Part shown: one piece after another, positions 24,047-33,416 of the stretch | Numbering within the stretch: the stretch's first letter is position 1 | Layout: every line of letters starts with the position of its first letter | DNA from: a virus | Taxonomy: Duplodnaviria > Caudoviricetes | Reading direction: 5' to 3' (one strand) | Length of the DNA stretch: 64,000 nt | Virus record (IMG/VR): IMGVR_UViG_3300035208_008180 | The notes under the pieces: generated by a model | Database searches by the model: none | Seen by the model: only the letters and a program-made list of their open reading frames with translations | Told to the model about the DNA's origin: nothing | Made by a program: the position numbers and the translations under genes

Positions 24047-25090
24047 TTAGCCGTTCCAATGACGGGCTCGCACCGCATGTCCCCAAACGCCTGTACCTTG
24101 CGGAGTTGGAGAATAATAATTGGCATACGGCACAGGCTGTTGCCAAGCTACCTGTGCCCCTCCATCAAAAGGGTTTGGAGTTTTCCCCTGTGGAGCCGGT
24201 TGTCCAAGTGCAATCTGCAAATCGGGCAATTTGTTGTGGCTCTTCAATTCGTCAAACTTCACCTTGGTTGTGCCGTAGCGTTTGCACAATCTATCCCAGG
24301 CATCAGGCAACAAAGCCATATCCAAGAAAGAATGAGCATCTTCGATGCGAGTGATTTTAATTTCACCCGCCTGCAAACCGACACGGAGAAATTGACGGAC
24401 TGCCAGAAGCACACCAGCCCAACTACGATTGGTTTGGTCGCAGGTTCCATCAGGACGGAGGGGACGACCCGGATAGAGCGGATTTTCTTCCGCAAAATTT
24501 TCCGGCAGATAGCCGATTGGATAAGCGGGTTTCGTGGTTCCACGCACATCCACAATGGCCCATACTTCTCCCTTGGCTTGTGGACGTGGCGGATATTTCC
24601 GCTTGAGTTCATCCACCAAAGAATATGTGGCATCCACATCTACTACTCGACTGCCGGGCTTGTCGAATACAATGCAGGGACTTCTCCCCACAATTCCCTG
24701 AAGTCGTTTGCCCACTTCGCTTTCGGGCTCTTCGGGGTCGAAATGTTCTACCAATTGGCGAACAGTCATCTGACGAACTTTTTTCGGACCCACATAACTG
24801 GGCTTGTCGGATGTGTCAGCTTCATCCGATTTGTTGCGGAAAATATCGGCAATATCTTTTGCCAATTGTTCCGGTTTCACTGGGCAATCGACAATGAGAG
24901 CATTGCCGAGACACATGGAAATTTGTTCCCACTTCAGGGAACCAAGGGCTGCCTCGGTTGTTCCACCAAGAGCCTTAAGAAATGTGGCAAACTTACCAAT
25001 GTCAACCGTTCCAGGGTTGCCAGTTCCCACAACCTCATTGTGCTTCTCAATAAGCACAACAGCAGCATCAACACGATCCTGATACGACAT
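24047..25090 (-). CDS. Hypothetical protein
   Basis: GAGGTG RBS; own promoter and terminator. Confidence 0.7.
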   Translation of the reverse strand: MSYQDRVDAAVVLIEKHNEVVGTGNPGTVDIGKFATFLKALGGTTEAALGSLKWEQISMCLGNALIVDCPVKPEQLAKDIADIFRNKSDEADTSDKPSYVGPKKVRQMTVRQLVEHFDPEEPESEVGKRLQGIVGRSPCIVFDKPGSRVVDVDATYSLVDELKRKYPPRPQAKGEVWAIVDVRGTTKPAYPIGYLPENFAEENPLYPGRPLRPDGTCDQTNRSWAGVLLAVRQFLRVGLQAGEIKITRIEDAHSFLDMALLPDAWDRLCKRYGTTKVKFDELKSHNKLPDLQIALGQPAPQGKTPNPFDGGAQVAWQQPVPYANYYSPTPQGTGVWGHAVRARHWNG

Positions 25091-25154
25091 AAAACACCTC
25101 TGCTTTCTTCTATGGTGGTCTTGACAGCGGCACCACCATCTAACCGCTACCCAT

Positions 25155-25183
25155 ATTATAGTGTCAGAACATTGATTTGTAAA
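25155..25183 (-). promoter_or_regulatory. Sigma-70-type early promoter
   Basis: TTTACA-17 nt-TATAAT. Confidence 0.7.
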
Positions 25184-25240
25184 GTGGATTCCAAAAAAAT
25201 TTTTTTGGAGCTAAGAAGCCCCACTAATGGGGCATTATGA

Positions 25241-26257
25241 CTAAGACAATATTCTGTTCGCTTCCCTTATGTTGTTAAATATCCAATCTTCCATTTTGGG
25301 AAAATTAGTAAAACATACGCCATCCACATCGGCATATACGGAAACAGGGGCACAAATCAAGCCTTCCAACCCCAATTGTTTTGCTTTATGTGCATTTTCT
25401 ATGACATGTTTTGGACCCTCGGCTCCAGTATACGTGGGGCAAATTTTTGCTTGAGCAGCAGCTATGTTTGTCCACCAATCATTGCCAAAAGCAGAAAAAA
25501 GAATTGTTTTTAAACCATCTTTATTTTCTAATATTACATTTTCACACCCAACATTACCAAATACATTATTGTTGGGATCATTATAATAGGGCACATATTG
25601 CAACCATTTTTCTTGGTATAAATTTATTCTTTCTTTTGAAATTCTCGAAAGTTCTCCCACAATCCATTCTTCCGATGGTTTGCCAGATTCTTGGCATTTT
25701 TGCTGAGCAAAAGAATCAAACCACCAAGGCGAATCATGTATGTTTACCTTTTCCCGGCCATCCGACGACATAAAACAAGTTGCTGGAAATAAATATTCAC
25801 CACACTGTCCTATTGATGAAATGCAAACAGCATGCTTTAAAACTTCTCGTAGTTTCTTGATATATGTTTGAACATAATTTTCTGCGACTTGGTTCCAATA
25901 GCTAAATATCCTCCCAGCCAGCACAAGAATGTGACTGAATGAAATGGAATCTTTAGCATTATACAATTTTGCATAACTGGAAAAATTATTTTTTTCTCCA
26001 CAACAATTCGACAAATACCAAGATGGATCGTCAGCCCAAAATGGCACTCCAATGGGCGTTTGAATCAATAGTTTTACCCCATGTCTGTTTAACATATCTT
26101 CATAAGCCAACCAATCACCAAAATCATAAACACCAGGGGAAGGTTCAGTTTGCCACCACCAATCAAACGCCACAATTGTTTTTGTTCCAGCATCAGCAAA
26201 TTTCTTTATATCTTCTTCTTGGAAGTTTCGATTATAATCCAAAAGCATAATATCCAT
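25241..26257 (-). CDS. Glycoside hydrolase-like TIM-barrel protein (paralog B)
   Basis: WWQTEPSPGVYDF...GVKLLI...PFW, typical of GH14/35/42-like N-termini. Confidence 0.6.
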   Translation of the reverse strand: MDIMLLDYNRNFQEEDIKKFADAGTKTIVAFDWWWQTEPSPGVYDFGDWLAYEDMLNRHGVKLLIQTPIGVPFWADDPSWYLSNCCGEKNNFSSYAKLYNAKDSISFSHILVLAGRIFSYWNQVAENYVQTYIKKLREVLKHAVCISSIGQCGEYLFPATCFMSSDGREKVNIHDSPWWFDSFAQQKCQESGKPSEEWIVGELSRISKERINLYQEKWLQYVPYYNDPNNNVFGNVGCENVILENKDGLKTILFSAFGNDWWTNIAAAQAKICPTYTGAEGPKHVIENAHKAKQLGLEGLICAPVSVYADVDGVCFTNFPKMEDWIFNNIREANRILS

Positions 26258-26262
26258 GATGC

Positions 26263-27000
26263 TTAACCTATGGTGGGGCGTTGTTTAATGTTATCATATT
26301 TCCAACCATCTTCCATATTGATTAAACATGATTTTGCAAGCATTTCCACAATGTCCTGGGGGGTGTAACCATCATTTCTGCAATCAGCAATTTTGAAGTT
26401 GCCTGCTGTTTTACTTACATCTGACAAATCTGTTATGACATTGTTTTTTTGTTGCATCAATTTAGGAAGAAAATACAATGCGGGAATAGGAATGTCTAAC
26501 AATGTGCAAAAATGACAATACAAACTATATTCAGACAATAAATCCTCGCCACGAATGATTGTATTACATCCTTCCCTGCAATCTTGAACTACTTTGATTG
26601 CTGTGAGATAAGGAACATATGGATAAGGTCGATCTATGCTTTTGATATGAAGATGTTCATAGTGAGCAAAATGAGCCGAATCTGGATTCCCATCACCAAT
26701 ATCTGGGTCTATACCTCGCATACCCCGCAAATATGACTCATTTTCTTTTTTTTCTTTGCTTTCATAGGAATATAAATCTGGAACAATGCCCATCCATTCC
26801 AAATCTTCTTTGATAAGTTGACAATATTCTTCTATTTTTTCTATTCCAATGTTTTTGATCCAATAGGATTGATCGTCGTCAAACCTTACAATAAATTTAC
26901 CACCAGTAGATTTGGCAGTATGATAATTTACTAGTATTAAATAAAGATGGCCTAAATGAAGGCGACCATTTGCGGTGGGATTAAACCTTGTAGTTTTCAT
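26263..27000 (-). CDS. Truncated glutamyl-tRNA synthetase-like (GluQ/YadB-like) catalytic domain
   Basis: TRFNPTANGRLHLGH (HIGH), VRFDD, IIRGEDLL, VSKT (KMSKS-like); no anticodon-binding domain. Confidence 0.8.
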   Translation of the reverse strand: MKTTRFNPTANGRLHLGHLYLILVNYHTAKSTGGKFIVRFDDDQSYWIKNIGIEKIEEYCQLIKEDLEWMGIVPDLYSYESKEKKENESYLRGMRGIDPDIGDGNPDSAHFAHYEHLHIKSIDRPYPYVPYLTAIKVVQDCREGCNTIIRGEDLLSEYSLYCHFCTLLDIPIPALYFLPKLMQQKNNVITDLSDVSKTAGNFKIADCRNDGYTPQDIVEMLAKSCLINMEDGWKYDNIKQRPTIG

Positions 27001-27003
27001 ATT

Positions 27004-28023
27004 CTATGATAGTAACCATATCTTGTTTGCCTTTTTTACATTATCAAATACCCAATTTTCCAAGTGAACGGAATTGACCAAACCACAATGCATAATATTC
27101 ATAGTGCCACAAATTAAACCACGAAAGCCCAGATTTTTTGCCTTGTGTGCGTTTTCTACAACATTTTCTGCCCCTTCCGCCCCTGCATATGTGGGACAAA
27201 TTCTTGCCTGAGCAGTAGCCATGCTTAGCCAATTAGGCATATCGTAGAAGGCCGAAAATAAAATTGTGGTCAAATCTTCTTTGTTTTCTAATATTACATT
27301 TTCGCACCCAACATTGCCCCAATTCATAGCTGGTCCGAAACTACCATTGTTATAATAGGGCACATATTGCAACCATTTTTCTTGGTATAAATTTATTCTT
27401 TCTTTTGAAATTCTCGAAAGTTCTCCCACAATCCATTCTTCTGCTACTTTGCCAGATTCTTGGCATTTTTGTTGAGCAAAAGAATCAAACCACCAAGGCG
27501 TTGGATATACGCATGCCCCCATCATGCCAGCAATTGGAGGAAATAAAAATTCTCCACACTCTCCTATAGAAGGAATACAAGTGGAATATTTTAATGTTTC
27601 TCTTATTTTCCTAATATATTTCCTAACATAATCTTCAGCTTCAGGATTCCAGTAACTGAATATCCTTCCGCACAATATAAAAAAATGGCAAAAGGGCATA
27701 GGGTCTTTAATATTGTATAATTTTGTCCATTGAGCAAAATCATTTTTTTGGTTATAATAATTTGATAAATACCAAGCAGGATCATTAGCCCAAAATGGAG
27801 TTCCCATTGGTGTTTGAATAAGTAGTTTTACCCCATTCCTTTTTAACATATCTTCATAATGCAACCAATCATCAAAATCGTAAACGCCAGGAGAAGGTTC
27901 TGTTTTCCACCACCAATCAAAGGCTAAAATCGTATCAACCCCAGAATCAACAAATTTTTTAACATCTTCTTCTTTAAAATTTTTGTTATAATCTAAGACA
28001 ATTATATTTGAAGTGGAACTCAT
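27004..28023 (-). CDS. Glycoside hydrolase-like TIM-barrel protein (paralog A)
   Basis: Collinear paralog of 25241-26257. Confidence 0.6.
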   Translation of the reverse strand: MSSTSNIIVLDYNKNFKEEDVKKFVDSGVDTILAFDWWWKTEPSPGVYDFDDWLHYEDMLKRNGVKLLIQTPMGTPFWANDPAWYLSNYYNQKNDFAQWTKLYNIKDPMPFCHFFILCGRIFSYWNPEAEDYVRKYIRKIRETLKYSTCIPSIGECGEFLFPPIAGMMGACVYPTPWWFDSFAQQKCQESGKVAEEWIVGELSRISKERINLYQEKWLQYVPYYNNGSFGPAMNWGNVGCENVILENKEDLTTILFSAFYDMPNWLSMATAQARICPTYAGAEGAENVVENAHKAKNLGFRGLICGTMNIMHCGLVNSVHLENWVFDNVKKANKIWLLS

Positions 28024-28057
28024 AAATATTATATAGTCAATTTAAAAGAAATGAATT

Positions 28058-28666
28058 ATGATAAATTTAAATGTAGTAAACGGTGCTGATGCTCTTTTGT
28101 TGAAATATGCTCAATTTTTGACAGAAAAAATAAAGGATATTCCTTTAATTGGTGCTGAGCTAGGAATCGCCTATGGAGGTGGAGTAGAAGCAATTGGGAA
28201 GATGTGGAAAGATTGCGGCGGCACCATTTATGGTTTAGATACTTTTTCTGGACATCCGAAACAATTATCAAGCTCACCAGACAATTTTGAAGCAACGTGT
28301 ATGGACGGATGGTATCAAAATTACGGGATAGAGGCCCTAGAATATGACTATCAAAGAAAAACTTTAGATGAGCAAAATTTATCGAATGTAATCCTGATAA
28401 AAGGGCTTATCAATTCGCAGAGTTTAGCGAATGTTCCGTATTTGCACTATGCCTTGCTTGATATGGATTTAATTGCTTCTATGACCGTGGGATGGGAGAT
28501 TGTGCGACCACTTATGAAAAAAGGTGGATATCTTTGCCTTCATGATGTGGTGCCAAGAGGGCATATAACTGGTTTGTGGGAATTATATCAAGAAATATTG
28601 GCACAAGGCTACAAAGTAGTTGAAGAAGCTCCCTCTTCATATTTGGCTGTATTAGAGAAAACTTAA
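28058..28666 (+). CDS. TylF/MycF-like O-methyltransferase
   Basis: AELGIAYGG, YGLDTFSG, ALLDMDL, GGYLCLHD. Confidence 0.7.
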   Translation: MINLNVVNGADALLLKYAQFLTEKIKDIPLIGAELGIAYGGGVEAIGKMWKDCGGTIYGLDTFSGHPKQLSSSPDNFEATCMDGWYQNYGIEALEYDYQRKTLDEQNLSNVILIKGLINSQSLANVPYLHYALLDMDLIASMTVGWEIVRPLMKKGGYLCLHDVVPRGHITGLWELYQEILAQGYKVVEEAPSSYLAVLEKT

Positions 28667-29592
28667 AATCCCAATGTCGAAAGTGTCCACTTGTCGCCAA
28701 AATATTTTTTTATATACAACCTAAGCTCGGCAGCATCATTTGCTGTTTGCAAGGTTTTCAGTGGCTCATCATTACTGCCACTCGTGAAATCAGGGTATTT
28801 CTTGGACTCTTCGCACAACTTGACGGCTCTTGCAATTTGCCACTGCATAAATGCTTTAAAATCAACATCCTTGGAGTCCACCTTGTAAATGAGACAGAGT
28901 GCCAAATTGTTAAATTCCATCATAAACTGCACAGTGTCTGCTCTCCGTCCCCAATTCCACTTACCAGTAGCCGCTAAATCTATTCCTGTTTCTGATCCAT
29001 TAGTGTATGCTACAAATTCATCTATTAAGTAAAGTGGTTCATTATTCCAGCCGCCACCACGCAACATTTTGCTACACAAGGTTTTGCAGACGCCAAGCTT
29101 GGGGTCTGGCTTCATCATTGCAACTTTTTTGGACTGCATGTTGATAACGTAGTTCTTGTACATCAATCCACGTAGTGATTTTGGCACTACTTTGGCTATT
29201 TCGGACAAGGTGGTACTCGGCTCAGGCAGAACTACAGCTTTGTTGTCAAAACAATAAAATGCATTTATTTTGCCCTGGCTGGAGTACTTCATTCTAACAT
29301 ATGAATTAATTCCGTGGGTATCTTCATGGGCATTGGTGACACGATCAGAATCGCCGTAGGGGTGTCCTTTAGGCAAGTGGCTCTCAAGATCATTCAATTT
29401 ACCCTCACGATTGGTGACTTGCCTGACTGGGGGATATTCTACCCATTTTGGCGTTATTTCTACTATTGGTTCTGGCTTCGGCGGCACTGGCTCTACATGA
29501 ATATTGGCTGGTTGCAAATAAAAATATACACCAACACCGCACAGCAATAATACAGCCACAACGACCACAAGAATACCAATTAGTTTATTCAT
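28663..29592 (-). CDS. Membrane-anchored protein with an HExxH (zincin-like) motif
   Basis: N-terminal TM helix; AHEDTHG and a downstream DE. Confidence 0.55.
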   Translation of the reverse strand: MNKLIGILVVVVAVLLLCGVGVYFYLQPANIHVEPVPPKPEPIVEITPKWVEYPPVRQVTNREGKLNDLESHLPKGHPYGDSDRVTNAHEDTHGINSYVRMKYSSQGKINAFYCFDNKAVVLPEPSTTLSEIAKVVPKSLRGLMYKNYVINMQSKKVAMMKPDPKLGVCKTLCSKMLRGGGWNNEPLYLIDEFVAYTNGSETGIDLAATGKWNWGRRADTVQFMMEFNNLALCLIYKVDSKDVDFKAFMQWQIARAVKLCEESKKYPDFTSGSNDEPLKTLQTANDAAELRLYIKKYFGDKWTLSTLGF

Positions 29593-29651
29593 AATTTGCC
29601 CCTGTATCTTATTTAGATGGATCAAAATAAATATCAGACATCTATATATTA

Positions 29652-30056
29652 ATGATGAAAACGTTTAAAGATTATGTAATATTGCTTGAGCAAGACCCGA
29701 TGGGCGGCATGGGTGGTGCCCCTGGTGGAATGCCGGGAATGCCTCCAGGTGGCGGCATGGGTGGTCCACCGGGAATGGACCCAGGAATGGGCGGCGGTAT
29801 GGGTGGTCCACCACCAATGGGCGGCGGTATGGGTGGTCCACCTGGAATGGACCCAATGGGCGGCGGTATGGGTGGTCCACAACAGCAGCCTCCACCAAGT
29901 CAGCCCGCTGCATTGACTGCTAAGCCAAAAACAGTCTGGGAAGCGATGGAATCACTTTTGCAGAAAACTCCAAATCAACCCGTGGTTCAACAACAGCAAC
30001 AACAGCAAAACCCAAGACCTCAATTGAGTTTCTTAAAAGGCGTGCCAGGAATGTAA
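29652..30056 (+). CDS. Gly/Met/Pro-rich low-complexity protein
   Basis: MGGGMGGPP repeats; N-terminus MKTFKDYVILLE. Confidence 0.7.
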   Translation: MMKTFKDYVILLEQDPMGGMGGAPGGMPGMPPGGGMGGPPGMDPGMGGGMGGPPPMGGGMGGPPGMDPMGGGMGGPQQQPPPSQPAALTAKPKTVWEAMESLLQKTPNQPVVQQQQQQQNPRPQLSFLKGVPGM

Positions 30057-30281
30057 TGGATAAACCAATAGAAAAATATCCCGTCAACGGCTGTTTAACC
30101 ATTATAATAACTATCTTTTTAATGTATTTGCTTTTGAGAGCTTGCAATTCATTAACATTTCCTTGGTACTAGGCTTGACTGTTTTTCGGTAATTGTGTAT
30201 AAATTAGGAGACAGGGACGAACATTCATTTCCATTCATATTCATCATATGTCCCTGTCTTTCTTTTTTATATGAGGTATTT

Positions 30282-31370
30282 GTGAGTAAAATATTATTGG
30301 TTGCCGACGCCCATATCCATCCACACAAAAATTCCGACGAGCGGTTGAAAGACTGCATCAAGGCTCTAGACTGGGTATTTGAAACCGCACATGCCCACAA
30401 CATAGATAATATCTGTTTTTTGGGAGATTTATTTCATAGTCGCCAAAAAATCGGTGTCAGTGTCTATCAATGGACTTTTGAAGTTTTCAGCAAATGGATG
30501 CAAAATAAAAAGAGTTGGCCGAATGTTTATTTGTTGGTTGGCAACCATGATATGGTGCATAAATTCACAACAGACGTTTGCAGCATTAAGCCATTAAATG
30601 TTATTGATGGTGTTGTTGTTGTAGACAAACCCGTTGTGCTTCAAATTGACGAACATTCCGTTGCTTTTTTACCTTATACGGAAAATCCTCTTGAATCCTT
30701 GGGAATTTTGAAAGATGCTCCCAAGGATTTGTTACTAGGGCACATTGCTTTAGACGGGGCTATTTTAAATTCGCTGCATCAAACACATTCAGAAGTTGTG
30801 GTTGAACATGATGGCGACATGACTGTGGTGGATGCTGATGTTTTCAAAGATTGGAAACAAGTGTTTTTAGGACATTATCATGGCGAACAAAAAGTAAGGG
30901 CAAATGTTGAATATGTTGGATCGCCACTTCAATTGAGCTTTGGAGAGACCAAACAGGACAAGCATCTAATCATATATGATCTGGACACGCATGAGAAGGA
31001 ATATGTGATAAATGATTTTAGTCCCAAACATTTTATTATCTCTCAAGAGGATATCGGCAAATTCGATTTGACAAATAATTTTGTAAGAATTATTGTGGAT
31101 GATATTTCGTCCGCTGAGTTAATAGAATTTCGCAACGATGTACTATCCAAGAATGTTGGCAGTTTAGACATCCGACAAAAACCCAAGAAAGAGGAAGATG
31201 GAGAAGCTGTAGATGTGGCCTTGGCAGCAGTATTGCAAAATGACTTGGTAATAGAAAAATACGTGGAATACAAGGATGAATTTGATGAATTAAATGGACT
31301 TGATAAAGTCGAATTATTATCAATAGGCAATAAAATTATTGAAACGGCAACTAATCAAATCAATCAATGA
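30282..31370 (+). CDS. Mre11/SbcD-like recombination nuclease (T4 gp47-like)
   Basis: ADAH, GDLFH, GNHD, LGHYH motifs; GTG start after GAGG. Confidence 0.92.
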   Translation: MSKILLVADAHIHPHKNSDERLKDCIKALDWVFETAHAHNIDNICFLGDLFHSRQKIGVSVYQWTFEVFSKWMQNKKSWPNVYLLVGNHDMVHKFTTDVCSIKPLNVIDGVVVVDKPVVLQIDEHSVAFLPYTENPLESLGILKDAPKDLLLGHIALDGAILNSLHQTHSEVVVEHDGDMTVVDADVFKDWKQVFLGHYHGEQKVRANVEYVGSPLQLSFGETKQDKHLIIYDLDTHEKEYVINDFSPKHFIISQEDIGKFDLTNNFVRIIVDDISSAELIEFRNDVLSKNVGSLDIRQKPKKEEDGEAVDVALAAVLQNDLVIEKYVEYKDEFDELNGLDKVELLSIGNKIIETATNQINQ

Positions 31371-33385
31371 AAAACCTAAAATTTAAATATTTCTCAGCTA
31401 AAAATTTCGTTTGCTTCGGTCCAGAAGGTATTGAAATTGATCTCACGAAAAAGGGGAATGTTATCCTTGTTCGTGGAGAAAATCTGGATGTTATAGATGA
31501 AGAAGAGAAGGAAGGTGACGAGCGAGTTGCTTCTAATGGCATAGGCAAAAGCACCATCCCCGATATTCTTGTCTATGGCCTCTTCGGCAAACCTCTCAAA
31601 CATCCCTCTAAGATCAAGCATGAGGATGTAATCAATAATCGCATTCGTAAAGATATGCGAATAGAAGTTCGTTGGGATGACTACAGAGTAGTTAGACAAC
31701 GAAGCCCAAATAAGCTGCGTTTTTGGCAAAGCAGCAATGAAGATTGGAACAAAGATACGGAACTAACTTTGGGCGGCATGCCAGATACACAGAATTTGAT
31801 TGAGCAACATTTGGGATTAAATTATGAGACATTCCTAAATCTTATGGTATTTGCCGACCAAGGGCATTGCACTTTCTTGGAATGCACCAATCCTCAAAAA
31901 CGAACGGTTGTTGAGGATTTAATGGCTTTGCAAGTTTTTCGCATTTATTCAGATGTCGCTAAAGAAGAGAAAAACAACTTAAAGAATAAAATAAAGCTAC
32001 TAGCATCAGAATACGAGCACAGCATATATGAGTTAAAGTCTGCTCGGGAACGTATTGATGAAATTAACCAAGAGGAAAAATCCTGGCGGGATGGCAGAAA
32101 CAAAGAATTAATTGCTCTTCAAAATGTGCGTTCATCGAAGCAATCACTGTTGGAGTCTTCCGATATCGGAGCAGCATTAGCCAAATACGAAAATGCTCAA
32201 AAAACAATCCAAGAGACAAATGATAAAATCGTTGATTTAGATGCAAAAATTGCCGAAATTCGCACACAACTGCCCCAAGTGGAAGAAAAGGTAAACTCAA
32301 GGAAACAGGAGCGAGGTCAATTAGATCAACAAATTCTTGTATTGCGAAACAAAATCATTACTGCCAATAATGAAATTAAAAGCAAAGAAAAAATTCTCAA
32401 GGTCAAAGATCGCAAAGGGCAAGTTTGCAGCGAATGTTTTAGCGTTGTGGATGAAGCTAATTATTTAACTTTTGTGGACAATGCTCAAAAAAGTGTTGAT
32501 GAAAATGAAAAATTAATTGCAGAAAACAATGTTGTATTAGAGCAATTGAATAAAGAATTGGCTGAAATCAAAGAAAAGATCACCAAGGGCACCAATCTTA
32601 TTGCTACTAAGCAAGCTCAAGAAAGACAATTATCCTCTTCGATAGATAATTCCCGAAAAGAAATTCAAAAGCTTACAGCAATTCAAAAACCGACAGCCAA
32701 CGATCAAGAGCAAGTTTTATTAACCGAGATTACAGAAATCGATAAACAGATTGTTGACAAAACGCAGCAAATAAATGGACCCTCGCCTTATGTAAGTCTG
32801 CATACATCTGCGGAGGAAGATGCCAAGAAAAAAGAGACAGAAAGCGAAGTAAAGAAGGCAGAATTACAAAAGGTAGAGTCGCTTTTGCCTTATTACGAAT
32901 GGTGGGCCGATGGCTTTGGACCAAAAGGCATTCCGAAGTTTGCTATTAACCACATCATTTCTCCGTTAAACACTCAAATTGCACATTGGCTAGAGTTTTT
33001 AATCAATGGTAAGATTAAATTGTTGTTTAATAATGAGTTAGAAGAATCTATTGAACGCAATCCATCTGATGGTGATCCTTTTGTGTATTATCAGATGTCA
33101 GGAGGAGAAAAAAGACGGCTAAATTTAGCAGTTTCACAGGCGTTTGCTTATATTATGTCGCATAGTTCTAAAGCATCTCCTTCAGTTGTTTTTCTGGATG
33201 AAGTTACAACTAATATTGACCCAATGGGCGTTGTTGGTGTATACAATATGATTATAGAATTGGCAAAAGATAAGCAAGTTTTTGTTACAACACACGATCA
33301 AGGATTGCAAGAATTGCTGCAAGGTTGTGAGACATTGTATCTTAGGAAAAAGGACGGATTCACAACTGTAATTAATAAAAATTAG
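31367..33385 (+). CDS. Rad50/SbcC-like ATPase (T4 gp46-like)
   Basis: NGIGKST, coiled coil with CSEC hook, MSGGE, FLDE. Confidence 0.93.
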   Translation: MKNLKFKYFSAKNFVCFGPEGIEIDLTKKGNVILVRGENLDVIDEEEKEGDERVASNGIGKSTIPDILVYGLFGKPLKHPSKIKHEDVINNRIRKDMRIEVRWDDYRVVRQRSPNKLRFWQSSNEDWNKDTELTLGGMPDTQNLIEQHLGLNYETFLNLMVFADQGHCTFLECTNPQKRTVVEDLMALQVFRIYSDVAKEEKNNLKNKIKLLASEYEHSIYELKSARERIDEINQEEKSWRDGRNKELIALQNVRSSKQSLLESSDIGAALAKYENAQKTIQETNDKIVDLDAKIAEIRTQLPQVEEKVNSRKQERGQLDQQILVLRNKIITANNEIKSKEKILKVKDRKGQVCSECFSVVDEANYLTFVDNAQKSVDENEKLIAENNVVLEQLNKELAEIKEKITKGTNLIATKQAQERQLSSSIDNSRKEIQKLTAIQKPTANDQEQVLLTEITEIDKQIVDKTQQINGPSPYVSLHTSAEEDAKKKETESEVKKAELQKVESLLPYYEWWADGFGPKGIPKFAINHIISPLNTQIAHWLEFLINGKIKLLFNNELEESIERNPSDGDPFVYYQMSGGEKRRLNLAVSQAFAYIMSHSSKASPSVVFLDEVTTNIDPMGVVGVYNMIIELAKDKQVFVTTHDQGLQELLQGCETLYLRKKDGFTTVINKN

Positions 33386-33416
33386 TCTATTATTTTTCTA
33401 GTTCATAACCATAGGT

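Noticed and set aside
23984-25240. 418-aa plus-strand ORF
   Set aside because: Antisense shadow of 24047-25090, which has an RBS, promoter and terminator
29700-29880. Possible CRISPR-like or DNA-level repeat array
   Set aside because: The repeats are in-frame codons for GGM/GPP units with no unique spacers; the same applies to 17500-17900
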